This document shows, piece after piece, positions 1 to 13,400 of a stretch of DNA of 64,000 nt (position 1 is the first letter of the stretch; each line of letters starts with the position of its first letter). Source of the DNA: Lama guanicoe (Eukaryota); contig MU054323.1 in assembly GCA_013239625.1 (NCBI GenBank), forward strand, positions 8,421,220 through 8,485,219, written 5' to 3'. The position numbers and the translations under genes were made by a program. The notes below the pieces were generated by a model. It worked only from the letters and a program-made list of their open reading frames with translations, was not told where the DNA came from and did not search any database.

Positions 1-457
1 TATATGTACAAGTGCCGGGGCTTGAACAGTAATAGCAATGCTGAGTTCACAGGTGTTTGTGTCATTATTCTTTATACCTTATATGTAGGTTATAAATATT
101 ATTTAAAATCTCCTCAAGAGTTGATAAAGCCAATTAAGAATAAGTTATAAAATTATAATGTGTTTTAATATTAGTTAAGAATTGTTCAGTGCTTTACTAT
201 TTAGAAAGAAATTTACTTTTTTAAAATTAAATTTATTAAATGCTTGGCTGTTTCCTACTCACCTCAGACTTCCTTTTTGGTTTTGTATTCTTTGGTTTTT
301 GTTGAACCTTTAATTTGTTCTCATTTTTTAACTCCAAGAGCATCCCTTTCCAGAATCATCCCAGGAGTCTCTAAGCACAAACACCCCACCCCCTCCAGGG
401 ATGGCTCTCCCATTATTCTGTTTCTCTTCCCTATGTGCTGTCAGAAGAAGTAAAACA

Positions 458-556
458 GGGGTGGGTATAGCTCGGTGGTACAGTGCATCTTAGCACACAT
501 GAGGTCCTGGGTTCAATCCCTGGTACCTCCACTGAAAAATAAAAACAATAACAAAA
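458..556 (+). mobile_element. tRNA-Ala-derived SINE (vic-1-like), short type
   Basis: GGGGTGGGTATAGCTCGGTGGTA (A box)...CTTAGCAC...GGTTCAATCCC (B box)...ACCTCCA plus A-rich tail; degenerate TSD aagaag(t)aaaa(c/t)ag. Confidence 0.85.
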
Positions 557-2007
557 AGAAGAAAAATAGCTGCATGGTTTTGTTTTCTTTTCCAAACCCT
601 TGACATATCTTGATCCTTTAGCAAATGTTATCTGCATGGAACAAGGGAAAGGCCATGCCATTTAGCCTGTGCCCTGTGACCTGAACGGCTTCACCTCCCC
701 TCCAGCTGCCACCCCAGATTGTTTTAGGGTTGGCTTAAATGCCACAAACCCTTCTCAACTATGTAGGGCTTGCATATTCCTGGATATCACAGTGACCAAT
801 TGTCTGTAAAATCACACATTTGTCTGTGGATTCTGCCAAAAGAAATGTGAGTCTTAAACCAATCCTGTTAAGAGGAAAACACGGCTTAAACCAATACCTA
901 TCAAGTTGGTTTTAAGGTCTTTATGTAAGAAGTGTCCCCTGTGCACCATTCTGGCTCGTGTGTCTGTGCCGAGCACTGAAGTCATCCAGCATCCACCAGC
1001 TGAGCTGCTGGCAGGAGGCAGCTGTGCCGGACAGACTGTGCCAGCCCCCCTCGTCTCACACCTCCCTGCAGGCACGGGAGCTGTGGAAGGTGATGACAGA
1101 AGCAGGCAATTCCAAACACAATGTTGGGGTTGGCATTTCCTTGGCAGGACGAATAGTGTGCACCTTCTAGGAGTGTGAGGTGTGTGCATTTCGTGAATGA
1201 GAAGCAGAGCTGCGCTAGCCTTGAGTGTCCGCTCGACAAGATGCTCTGTGCACTTCTGCACAGGAACTGCTTAACGGCAGTAATAAAGGAAGGAGGGTGG
1301 GCGGTGCGGGAAATTTACTGCTAACCAGCAAGACAGTTGTTGGAGAGCAGATAGCAAGAACTGTTACTATTTTAAACATGAGGCTTTCTCGCGAAAGACT
1401 GCACTCCGGGCTTAAAGCGTGGTCCTTCCCCACCCAGAAGCCCCTCTTTCCCTAGCCTGTGCATCTCCTTAGCTCTGACCCTCCACTAGTTCAGGAACAT
1501 GAGGAATCCATGCCACAGAACCAGGAAACTGGGGTATACAAGCGGTGTACACTTGAGTAAATCCACCATCTTGCCGTGGAAGGCATTTTTGCTTCCCTGA
1601 GTAAATTGTAAAATTCTTAAGATTCCTAATGTTTGCAGTGTAACACCACCCCATTAGCCCTGGACTGGTTCCCTTCTATTCAAGGTCACTGTTGGTAAAG
1701 TCCAGGGCTGGAGGGAAAGGCACGGTAGACTCATGAATCTATGCAGCTCCAGAATTCCGTACTTCTGATTTATTTCTTTTTAGTAGCATTTAACTAGCTG
1801 GCATTTTTTCCCCATTTCTTCCTGGGAGGACAGATACGTGGTCTGAATTCTTCCATTTGCATAGACAAAACAGCTGGATGATCAAAGTTCTGGGTTAAAA
1901 AAAATGGGAATGTGGAATATAGCCAGAAGTTTTTCAAGGAGGTGATATTTATTTTAAGGCCCAGTTGTTACTTGATGATTTGATTATAATGTTCAGTTCT
2001 GTCTAAC

Positions 2008-2335
2008 GTGGTCTCTTAGCTTGAGCTGCTATAATAATATCATAGGCTGGGTGGCTTAAACAACAAAAACTTATTCCTCACAGCTCTGAAGGCCAGGAAG
2101 TCCAAGATGAAGGTGCCAGCCAACGCAGTTCCTGGTAAGAACGTTTTCTTGCTTGCAGACAGTTATCTTCTGTCTATGTCCTCATATGGCAGAGAGAGAT
2201 CTCTCATGTCTTTCCTTATAAGGTCCTCATGACCTAAATGTCTCCCAAAGACCCCATCTCCAAATATCATCACATTGGGATTAGGGCTTCAACATATGAA
2301 TTTGGAGGAGGGGAACCTAAGCATTCAGCCCATAG
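2008..2335 (-). mobile_element. MaLR (MLT1/MST-like) solo LTR
   Basis: ggctgggtggcttaaacaac...gaagtccaagatgaaggtgccagc...gggattagggcttcaacatatgaatttgg motifs. Confidence 0.85.
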
Positions 2336-3399
2336 CATGTCATGAGCCAGTGGGCTGGATACTGTTATGATGTTTTGGAACAAAATGGGTGACTCCAAGC
2401 ATCATAAATTAGTAAAACTGATCCTGACCTTCTTGACCATGACCACTGACAAAGGATGTTCCCCTAATATGCTGCCCCAACCAGAGCAGAGGGAAAAGCT
2501 GTCACAGCCCATGGCGTTTGCACTGCTGAAGAGCATGTGTTTCAACAACTGGTCACTGTGATTTCCAGGAATATGCAACCCCTTTGCGGGGACTCTCCTA
2601 AGACGCACAAGGGGTCTCCCCACCCCTCTCCGCCTCACTCTGTTATGTCCATGCACGTGTACACGCACAGACAGCAAGCGCACTGTGGAAAAATACGCCC
2701 GCGTGACTTTTGTTTCTTGCCTTTAGGAAAGACGAGCAGGGATAGCTGTAGGAATGCGGTGTTAATGAGGTTACTGGGGGAGGTGAGAAGCACAATGAAT
2801 GTCAACTGTCACACAAGTCAACAGCGAGGGGGGCGCCAGGACAGATTAGACATCTTGGTGATGTAGACAGTTTGGAAATGTAGAAATGTGTGGGGAGGAT
2901 TCTGGTGTGAAGACGTTTCTACCAACACCAACTGGCTGGTCTCACCCAGTCACAGCTCTGGTGTCTGGTCCGTGGTGAAAGACACCCAGTTTAAATCAAG
3001 CTAGATTTAAGGTCTTTAGGCAAGAAGTGTCCCCTTGACACTTTAGTCATTTATACAATTATCTGTGTGTCTCTCACCCACTAGACTTTCTTGAGAGGAA
3101 GGCCTATGTCGCTTCAGAGTTGTCTCCAGTGACTGACACTGAGAAGGAGTGAAGTTCTAGAATATTTTCATGCACACAGATGTTCATTTTAAAAAGGTAT
3201 TCTCCAAAAGCACCTTGGGCAGGGAGTGGCAAGCAACCATGCTGTGATATTATCCAAACACACCAGTCCAGGTCTGGAGTGTTCTGAGACCTTGGTAACC
3301 ACATCTGCCCCCAGTCTGAAGCTGGAAGTTTGCCAGAGGATTGGGGGCAGCTGACAGTCTTGTGTTGGATCGGATCTAACGGCAGGACCATTATTTACA

Positions 3400-3672
3400 G
3401 GGTTGGTTTCTGATGAGGACTCTCTTCCTGGCTGATAGACGGCTGCCTCCTCACTGTGTCCTCACATGGCCTCTCTTCTGTTCATGGGCGTAGGGGAGAG
3501 AGGGAGACTCTCTGATGTCTCTTTTTATGAGGACACCAGTCCTATCTGATCAGGGCAACCTTATGACCTCATTTAACCTTAAAAACTTCCTTAGAGGCCC
3601 CATCTTCAAATATAGCAGCTAGAGATTAGAACTTCAGCATTTTGGGAGAACACAAACGTTCAGTTCATAACT
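3400..3672 (-). mobile_element. MaLR (MLT1-like) LTR, partial
   Basis: ctgtgtcctcacatggc...tgaggacaccagtcctat...tgacctcatttaacctt motifs. Confidence 0.8.
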
Positions 3673-3689
3673 ACACTAAAAACAACTGT

Positions 3690-3890
3690 CTGGCTTTCAA
3701 TCCTTACTCTATATTAAACTAGCTGTGTGACCATGAGTAACTTCCTTTAACTTTTCTAAGCCTCAACTTCCTCATGGTAAAAATGGAGGCAATAATGGTA
3801 CCTATCTCAGGGCATTGTAAGGATCAAATAAGATAATGTATATAATGGATTTAGGAAAGGGCTCAGTACATAGAAGATATTTACTAATTG
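3690..3890 (+). mobile_element. MIR SINE
   Basis: ctagctgtgtgacc...aagcctcaacttcctcat..taaaatggag..aataatggtacctatctcag core. Confidence 0.8.
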
Positions 3891-5764
3891 TTAAGATCAT
3901 TAACAGTGTCCTCTAAGTTCTGAGAATGAGCTCCCTCTAAGGTAGTCCTAGGAGTCCACTCCAGCTTGGATTTCCAGGACTAGCTCAGGCCCGTGGGAAT
4001 GGGATCCCCAGACTGGAGAGGTTCCAGAATTCCCCAGTGTTGTTGAGGGAGCCCAGCCCATTCAGAGAAGGTTAGCCTTCAGGGACTTCCAACGGCAGCC
4101 CAAGCGTTCTAGAGAAGGATTCAGTGTTACAGCTGCTGGTAGCAGGTCCTTTTTCATCTCCTCCTGAAGAAAATGGCAGAAGGCGGGACTGAGCCCACTG
4201 GACCTGAATGGAGGGTCACATTGGATTCCTCCTGGCTTCTTTATAGCTTAAAAAAAAAGCTTCTTACCATGACTTTTCAAATTCTAAAAGGTAATACAAG
4301 TTTATTGTATAAAATTGGAAAAATACAGAAAACTATCAAGAACTTAAAAATCACCTGTAAGTCTTCTATCCAAAGTTAAGTCTAATTAACATTTTCTTTA
4401 AGTAACGGACCTGGATGTGAGACCCGTCCTTCTGCCCTGGAGTGGGCTACGTGTTTTCAAAACCTCTGTTTCCTCCTCTTAAACCTCTGTTTTCCTCCTC
4501 TTAAAATGGGACTAAAACTTCCTGCCTTGTTCCTACTTTGCAGGGTTGCCATGTGAATTAAATTCCAGGCACAGGGTGTTAGCTTATTACTAAGAGCTGT
4601 TTTTCTGTTGAAGAAGACACCCTTGGCTGATGATTCTAGCATCAAAAAGCTCAGACAAGAATCCCCAGTAAATCATTATCACATCACCCATTCAAGTTTT
4701 CCACCCTCCAGCTGTGTGCGATGAGTATGTGTTCTGGATTAGTAAGTAAATCGGTAGTCTCATTTACCACAATGACATAGTGATATGCAGCAATTTCCCA
4801 GCATAAATATTCTTATTCTTACTTAAAGCTTCTTTAAAAGGTGAGGATTATATATACGTATTTGTACAGAGGATTAGGTGTGTATCTTACCATCACCATC
4901 GTTTTCCTCTGAGAACTTGCATCTCTCCTTTTGTGGTCACACTTGGCCTTGAGAAAGAATGAGAGAGAGAGATTGCATCTCTCAGGCTTTCTCCGCTTCG
5001 TTTGGTCAGAGTGGTTGTATCCATCCCCTAAGAACCAAACTCATTTCCTGATTATTGTGTATTAAATTAAGATTCCAGTTTTTAGATTTTAGGACAAAAT
5101 CTCCTCCTGAAATATATTCAGCTTCAGACAATGGGCTTGTAGCTGTGACTATCCGTGTCTTCCCATCCCTCTGGCCCGTAACTTCCCACTGCCTCTCTGT
5201 CCAGTGCCTTCCACACTGAGGGAGAGGCCCCTTCTCCCCAGAGGTCAGAATGATACCTGGCGGGGCCCAGATGTTCATGGGGGACAAAATGTCTCTGTGC
5301 AAGGGAATGGGCCTCACTCCCAGTCACCTGTCTTGTTTCCCAGCACTACCCCCAGAAGCAGCCCCTCAAAGGGCCAGCCTCTCCTAACAGCAGGAGAACC
5401 TAGCAGCTAAGGCCATGAACAGGCACCGTAAACTTTCTTGTTGTGGAGATTCCACGCACTCCAGTTTGGTCAACTTGACAAAAAAACAAACTGCTTAACC
5501 AAGTGTGTCCAGGATATCAGGCTAAGGTCTCCAGATATCTGACTTATCTCCTTACAGAGTTATTCCTTCAACAGATTCCAAGACGTTTTCATCCTGGGAC
5601 ACAGGCTTCCTGTACCCTGCCTGGTGGCAGGGAAAGAGAAATAATGAGGATGAGAAGAATGTTGCTTCCTTTGCTCTGTTCACAGTGATGTGTATTGGAG
5701 AAGGGATGAAAGTTGAACATGATCCTGGATATAGAGTTGCCAAATATCCCAGACAAATGTAGAA

Positions 5765-7120
5765 TTGGTCAAGGATCATTCTTTGCCTATGAATATCCAG
5801 TTGCTCCAATATCATTTGTTGAAAAGATTATCTTCCCTCCATTGAATTGCTTTTGCACCTTTGTCAAAAATCAGTTGTATAGGGCTATTTCTGGGTCTCT
5901 TTTCTGTTTCTTTGATGTTTGTGTCTATCCCTCCACTCATTCCACATAGTCTTGATTACTATAGCTATATAATAAGTCTTGAAGTCAGGTAGACTGATTC
6001 CTTGCACTTTATTCTTCTTTGTCAAAGCTGTTTTAGCTATTCTAGTTCCTTTGCCATTTCTCATAACTTTTGACAATAATCTTACCACTATTTATAGAAG
6101 ATTTTTGCTGAGATTTTGATAGGAACTACATTAAACATGTATATCAATTTGGGGAGAATTGACATCTTTACTATGTTGAGTCTTCCAAGCCATGAACAGA
6201 GTATGTCTCTCCACTTATTTATATCTGCTGACTTCTTTCATCAGTAGATTGTAGTTTTCAGCATACAAATCCTATATGTTTTCTTAGATTTGTGCTGAAG
6301 TATTTCAATTTTTTTCAGTGTCCATGTGTTCATTGCTAGTATATAGAAAAACAGTAGCTTTTTGTATGTTGATCTTGTACCTTGTAATCTTGCTGAACTT
6401 ACTTATTTGTTTTAGAAGACTTTTTTGTAGTTTCTTTGGGATTTTCTCCATAGACCATCATGTCACCCGTAAATAAGATCAGTTTTGTTTTCTCCTTTTC
6501 AATCTATTGCCTTTTATTTCATTTTCTTTTGTTATAGTGCTAGCTAGAACTCCCTTTGTTGAATAACAATGGTGAGAGTAGACATGTTTTCCTTGTTCCC
6601 AGTTTAAGGAGAAAGTATTCAGTTTTTCATCATTAATTCTGATATTAGTTGTAGGTTTTTTTGGTGATGTTCTTTATCAACTTGAGGAAGTTAACTTCTA
6701 TTCCTACTTTCCTGAGAATTTTTGTCATGAATGGGTATTGAGTTTTGTCAAGTGCTTTTTCTGCATCAGTTGATATGATTATGTGATTTTTCTTCTTTAG
6801 CTGTGGATGTGGTGGATTATATTGATGGATGTTCAAATACTGAGTCAGCTTTGTATCTCTGGGAATAATCCCATTTGCATGGTGGGATTCTTTAATTCTT
6901 TTACATATTGCTGAATTCTACTTGCTGAGATGTTGTTAGAAATGTTTGTGTCTACATTCCTTAAGGTTATTACATTGTAGTTTAATTTTTTTTGTGTACT
7001 GTCTTTGTCTTTGGTATTAAGGTAATACTGACTTTATAAAATGGCTAGAAAAGGTTTTCTTCTCTACTTTCTGGAAGAGACTGATGTTCATTCTTCTTTA
7101 AATGTATGGTAGAGTTCTAT
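5765..7120 (-). mobile_element. Degraded L1 ORF2 (reverse transcriptase region) fragment
   Basis: Minus-strand peptides KKKNHIIISTDAEKALDKTQYPFM and TRIAKTALTKKNKVQGISLPDFKTYYIAIVIKTMW are typical of L1 ORF2p; frameshifted. Confidence 0.9.
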
Positions 7121-7858
7121 GGCTTTTGAAAATTGATTCTTAGGACCCAGTCTGGATCAGATAATGCTGAACCTCTGAGGGTGGTGTTTGAGCATGGGTG
7201 CTTTTCAGAATCTCCTCAGATGAGCGTATCAAGGTGCAGCCAGCTGTGGAGCTTCAATGTGGTAGTGGACTTCTTGAGGCAAATACGGGAGAGTGAACTG
7301 AAGCAGAATCCATCTGAAGAGTGACATGAATTAAACAGCTGTGAGGTTTGGAGAATTTGGCTCTCTGAGACATGCCTCAGGAGACTCTGATGTCTTCTGG
7401 GCCATATGGTATAGTAGGGACATTGCTCGTACCTCTGGGTTTGACTTGGCTAATTCATAGCCATGAATTCCTTATTAGCAATTTCAGCTTTTCATCTGTA
7501 AAATGCCACTTCTGGAGCTGTTTTGAGAATAAAGTGAGACAGCAGATATGAAAATGCTTTAGAACTCCCATAACATTTCGAAAACCTGAAAATTGATGTT
7601 TCTTTGTGCCCCAGCTTCACCCTTACTGCCACAGTGTCATGATTCCCAGTGAGTCCTATTGTGAGGACCACAGGAAGCTTGTGAACCCAGCTGGCTGTAG
7701 GACCAGTGTCCTCAGGCTGTGGAGAAACTTCCTCTGAATCCCCCCTCACTTACTCTGCCCATTGAATTTGGGCTCTCATAAGAAAGGGTGGGACCTTGGT
7801 GACAGTGAAAAGGGACTTTGACCTTGACCAATGTCTCCCTCTCACCTTCCTTAGGAAC

Positions 7859-8119
7859 ATGCTTGCCAATTCAGCCAGCGTACGGATTCTCATCAAGGGA
7901 GGCAAGGTTGTGAATGATGACTGCACCCACGAGGCTGATGTCTACATTGAGAATGGCATCATCCAGCAGGTGGGCCGTGAGCTCATGATCCCTGGAGGGG
8001 CCAAGGTGATTGATGCCACCGGGAAACTGGTGATCCCTGGAGGCATTGACACCAGCACCCACTTCCACCAGACCTTCATGAATGCTACGTGCGTGGATGA
8101 CTTCTACAATGGGACCAAG
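7859..8119 (+). CDS. DPYSL5: DPYSL5 coding exon 1 (aa 1-87)
   Basis: Acceptor ccttccttag at 7854, 4-nt leader GAAC, ATG at 7859. MLANSASVRILIKGGKVVNDD...DDFYNGTK; donor AAG|gtaatg. Confidence 0.98.
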
Positions 8120-9499
8120 GTAATGCTTCTGTTTGGTGAAGATGCCTTCCTTTGTGGTTTTTCTGTTTCTGGGGCTTCTCCAGGCTAGACCCACATGAAC
8201 AGGGTGCTCCCACTGTATTGCTAAAAGGAGAAGGGTGCCCTCAATGAGGCAACTTTGGCAACTAAAATAGGAAGTTGTAGGCTAAATGTCATAGGTTTCC
8301 ATAATTATGGGAAAAGGGGCATTTAGGACTATTTTTCTGGTCACATTACTTACCTGTGTACTCAGGCCAAGAACTGATTTTATTTTTATATTTTTACGTC
8401 ACGTAATAGAGACCTAGAGAAAGAACAGAATTAGCTGGTGTTTGTTATTGTGCATGTATGTGGTCTGATGGACTCCTTTATGTATAACAAGCTAAATTAA
8501 TTTCTCAAAGATTGTGAAAAATAGATATGCCTCTTCTAGATGATTTTAATTGTAGAAATTATGAAACAGACATAGTTAGCTGTCTGGAATGAATACCTGC
8601 CCAGTAAATGTTTGTTGAATGAGTAAGCCACTGATACTTATCCATGTGGGTCTCTACATCCAGCTGGATGTCAGATTCACTTATAAAGATTTTTTAAATG
8701 CAGGATTGAATCAGAATCTTAAGAGCTAGAAGTCCCTGACCCTGGCAGCAGCCCCTTGTACTGTATAATTTACAAAGGAATTGGCTTTTAACGTTCCCTG
8801 GGTGAAAGGAAACCACCAACTCCTGCCCCAGTGGCTGCAGTCCTTTGTCCTACTTTGGCCCACTGCCTCAAATCCCCAGTGGCCCTGGACCCTCAGATCT
8901 CCCCTCTGTTCTACCTGGGGTTCTCAGGGAGCCCCTTGCCCGTGCTCAGTGCTCTCCCCCTGGGATCCATCTTCCTGGGGGCTCCAGTACTCTTGCTGCT
9001 AGGCAGCAACTGTCAAAGCTCCCCAAACCCACCCTAAAGAGCCTGGCTGGGGCTGGGGCAGGCAGAGGCTGGCCTTGGGGTCACAGCTCTCCAGGATAGT
9101 CCACCTCATGCAAGTGGCCCTTAATGCTCCCTTCCAATCCAAGATCAGTAGACCCACCCCGAAGGCCTGGGCCATGAGGAGTCACAGTAGCCACGGCCCA
9201 GCCTGTGCTGAGGCGAGGATGCTCCCAGGCCTGATACTCCGGCATCCCGGGCCACACCTACCCACTGGAGCCAAGCCCAGGGAAGAGAGGTGATTGGTGG
9301 ATCCTCTCAACTTTCTCTTCTGAGAATTCCCCCAGGGCCCTACGAGTGACGCTCTAGTAATGAAATAGGGAGCCTTGTCCTAATAAACTCTTGCCGGGGC
9401 CTCCTGAGGGGACCCTGGTGGCAGTCAGGGTCTTTGTGACATGAATGAACACATTCAGCTCACCCTCCCCATGCACCCGAGCCGGCCAGGCCAGGCCTG

Positions 9500-10430
9500 C
9501 TTTGTTGGTGGTTACTGTTACTGTCGCTGTTATTGAAGCAGAGCACACATACGGAGAAGGGCACACGATGCAAGTACACAGAATTATCACAACTCAACAC
9601 ACTCTTGTGACCAGCACCCAGATCAAGAAACCAAACATTGTCAGCACCTAGAAGCCCCCCTTGTGTCCCTTCCCAGTCACTGCTCCTCACTAAGGATAAC
9701 CACTGTGCTGACTTCTAATATCACAGTTTAAAAAATATGTAACAGCTTAATTGAGATATAATTCACATACTTTAATTCACCTATTTAAAGTGTGGAAGTT
9801 GGTTGTTTTCAATATATTAACCATAGGTTGGTTGTGACTTTATTAAATTAAATCAAGCAGTCTATACCCTTGCTCAAGATTATTTTTTTAATCTGTGTCT
9901 GTGAATCTCTTCCTTTTTTTGTAAATAAGTTTGTGTCATTTTTTAAGATTCCTCATATAAGTGATATCATATGATATTTGTCTTTCTCTGACTGATTTTT
10001 TTTTAATGGAGGTACTGGGGATTGAACCCCCAAGACCTCGTCCATGCCAGGGACACACTCTACCACTGAGCTATTACCCACTCCCCTGTTCAATGTTATT
10101 TTTGTGATATTCACCCATGCTGTTGCATGTCGTGCTTGATTCACTTTCATTGCTTCACAGTATTCCCCTGTGTGAGAGGCCACGTAGTGCCTGGCCGTTT
10201 TGCTATCAGTGGGCATTTCGGTGGTTACTAGTTCGGGGCCATTACAAATGCTGTCACTGTGAATGTTCTTGTACATGTCTTTGGCAACCGGATGTAGACA
10301 TTTCTGTTGGCGGTATTTCTGGGAGTGGGATTGCTGGGTCATAGAGGACATATATATTTAGCTTTAGGAGATAGTGCCAAGTCATTTTCCAAACTGGTTG
10401 TAACAGTTAATACTCCTAGCAGGAGAGTGA
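9500..10430 (-). mobile_element. Old L1 3' region with nested younger L1 piece(s) and a SINE
   Basis: L1M-type 3' motifs (ctgggagtgggattgctgggtcatag; ttcacccatgctgttgcatg). Confidence 0.7.
9996..10086 (-). mobile_element. tRNA-derived SINE (vic-1-like), short type
   Basis: T-tail + TGGAGGTACTGGGGATTGAACC...CTACCACTGAGCTA..CCCACTCCCC. Confidence 0.85.
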
Positions 10431-13400
10431 GAGAGGCCACAGTATTTGCCATCAGCATAACTCTGATAACCACACCAGTCCATCCTGCAGTATGCTCAGG
10501 CCTTGCACCAAAACTTGTAGCTTACTGGTTACTGTCCCCCTTGGCAGACCTTTAGTCCAGGGCCAGATGCCATGCTGTCACTACGCTGCCTACCAGCCTC
10601 TGGGAGGGCAGGCTGGCTTTCCTTGTCTTATTTTCCACGTTGTCATTTGCTGGGGCCTCATTAGCTTGGAGTGATGAGTTTTCCCCTGAGAGCCTCCAGC
10701 TCTCTATAGCTGACAAAGACCTTTGCACGAGCATCTTTGTGCGAGGTAGTGACTCTTGATCTTTTCTGAGCTTCTCATCCATGGGAGCTGCTGCTTCTGG
10801 AAAAACACATAAAAGTCCATGTGTGATTAAAAGTCCCACCTCTCCCAGACCCTGCAGGTTCAGGCACCCCCAATCTATGGGAAGCCCTAGTTACAGGGAA
10901 TTTAAGGGCCCATAGACCCCCAAGCCACTCTGGCTGCTGGTGTCACCAAAACTGGCCCTTTGTTTTATCCATTCCCTAAGCAAGATCGGACTTTGTCCAG
11001 GTGCCCCATCTCATACTGAGTATCTGTTTCATCTCACAGCTCCTGACCCAGTCCTCCCCACACCCCTTCAGTAGACCCTGCCCAGAGTCCTGCCTCAGAC
11101 ATCCCAGCCTCCCTAGAAGCGACTCCTGCCCCGTCCCCCCTCCCCTCCACTCCTGAGTTTGTGCTCCTACAGCTGGATATTTTGGCTTCCTCTTGCCTCT
11201 AGTTCCTGACAATCTCCTGCAGAGAGAAAATGCTCTCCTGTTGCAATGCTGATCTCAGGGATGCATGGATTTAATTATTCACACAGCCTGTGGCACTCAG
11301 ACCGAAGCTGTGTACCCTGATAGATTGCCGCTGACCTACTTTGTACCTTCTAAGAAAGGTAGCAGTTGATTCGCTGTAAGCATCTGGGTTTATAATAGAA
11401 TAATAATCCCAAGGAAAAGCTCACCCAAGTGATTAGCCTATAGAGAAAGAGAGATCAAGTTGCATCTTTTTGTTCTTGTCCGACGGATCCGCGGGGCCTT
11501 GAACTCTGTACCCCCTGAGCTATTGCATGCTTGTCAATTTGGCAGCCGCTGCCAGGGCTGGGAAGACAAAACAGTTGAAAGCCTGGCTTTTCTGAGAGCA
11601 TCTGGGTCTCCATTGTACTGGGTCTAAAGGGATTTCTCTAGCACTTCTTTAACAAATGCTTTGCCCGCCTCTGCTTCTGTTAGAGGCTGTGGCAGGCTCT
11701 GCCTGGCTCCCCTGCCTCTGCCGCCCTTGCTCACAGCCTGTCACTTGATCCTCCTCCCCGCCTCCTCCACACCCTCCCAACCTGCAGGCCCCACCCTCCC
11801 AGAGGCTCAGAACCTAGTTTCCAGAGGTGCCAGGACCCCCTGCTTGTTAATAATGCCGACCCCATTGAAGAAGGAGGTTATCTCCTGTGGGAAGGTGGGG
11901 GAGGTGGGGGAGAGCCAGTGACACCAACTGTGTTAATAAAGGCCTAGGATTTCACTTGGGCCATGGGGGTCTTTTATTTTTATTCTGCCTAGCCTACTTA
12001 GAAGTTGTATTTATTCTTTTGTGTTGTATCTAATATTACATAATAAGAATGTGAATGCAGGCTGTTGGGCTCCACCCCATCAATGGCTCTCCATGGCCCG
12101 GTGGGAATATCAGATTCAGGCTTTTTAAACTGCAGGCACAGCCCTTTCACTCAGGTGGTGATAGAGGGGGCAGACATGGACAATGGAAAAAAGCTTCCTA
12201 GATGCCTTTTCTGCCTCCCGCACCTCTAAAACTATACTAAGAACTACTGTCTAGGACAATTGCTCTCAACCTTTGGAAGCAAATTACAATAGAACTACTT
12301 GGGAAGTTTTTAAAAAATACTTGTCCAGGCTCCTCCTTTCCCCTACGCCACCTCCCCAGACCAATGAAATCAATGTTTCTGGGTCTGCCTCTTCCCTCAT
12401 CAGTATTTTTCAAAAAGGCATCCCTGATGATTCCAGCACTAGCATGTGGATTAAGGAACTTTCTCGGTTGCCTTGAATGACATGATGTCCTGGCTGCTAC
12501 GTGCCAGGATGACATCTGCATCCCCCTTGAAAGCTTGGGCCAGCCTTGCCTCACCCTTGTCAGTCTTATTTATTTGCTTCTCTCTTTCTATTCACACTGT
12601 AAGGTCCCATCATTGGGCTCCCAAACCCCAACCTATGGCCTAGAACCCCTGTACTTGCTAAGTGTCCCTAGCTCTGTGTTCTGTCCTCCTGTCTGTACCC
12701 CATAGACATCATCGGTGAGCAGGGAAGTTGGCTGTGGTAGAGGTGTCACCAAACGGAGTCCAGCTGGGTCTGTCCCTCTTCTCTGAGGACCCAGAGACTC
12801 CCTCTTGTCTGTCCCAGGGCCATCTCGTCACAGAGACAGCCTCCCACTAACTCAAAATCGGCATCAGCAAGACATCTATTCTTGTAGTCAAACCACAAGG
12901 GGAGCCAAATCCTAACTGGAAGAGTACTTGGCCAGCACTGGGTCAGCCTAGGGGATGTTCATTGGCATAGGCTAGGATGGCCTGCCACATCTCACCCCCA
13001 GTGGAGGGTCCTTACCCTCCTTCCCCCTCCCACTGCAGAGGACTAAACCTGTCAGAGTCCTGACATATGACACGCTGTGACATAAATAAATTCCCTTTGG
13101 TGTCCATTCTGCCAACATTCATACCAAGGAGCCCATTAATCCATTGGGCAGACTATTTTTGCTATTTTGCCTTTGAAATTTGCTCTTTTGAAATTGAAGC
13201 TTTAAATGCTGCTCACTTCCTTTCTTCTTTTTTCTTGACACCAGTATTCTGTCCCTTTCTGTTTAATTTTGGCCAAAATGTCTTTCCAGTCTTTTCACTC
13301 TGCAGTAATACTTCCTGCTTATTGGGGTCAGACTCATATGGGTCTTGCTTATTAATTGATGCTCCCAAGTTCACTTATGTCTTCATTTCTGTGAAAAGCT

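Noticed and set aside
2821..2838. CTCF-like motif ACAGCGAGGGGGGCGCCA
   Set aside because: An extra G breaks core spacing; unsupported without a PWM score.
7796..7858. N-terminal extension of DPYSL5 from the TTG start in the ORF track
   Set aside because: This stretch is the polypyrimidine tract and acceptor of the intron; the protein starts at ATG 7859.
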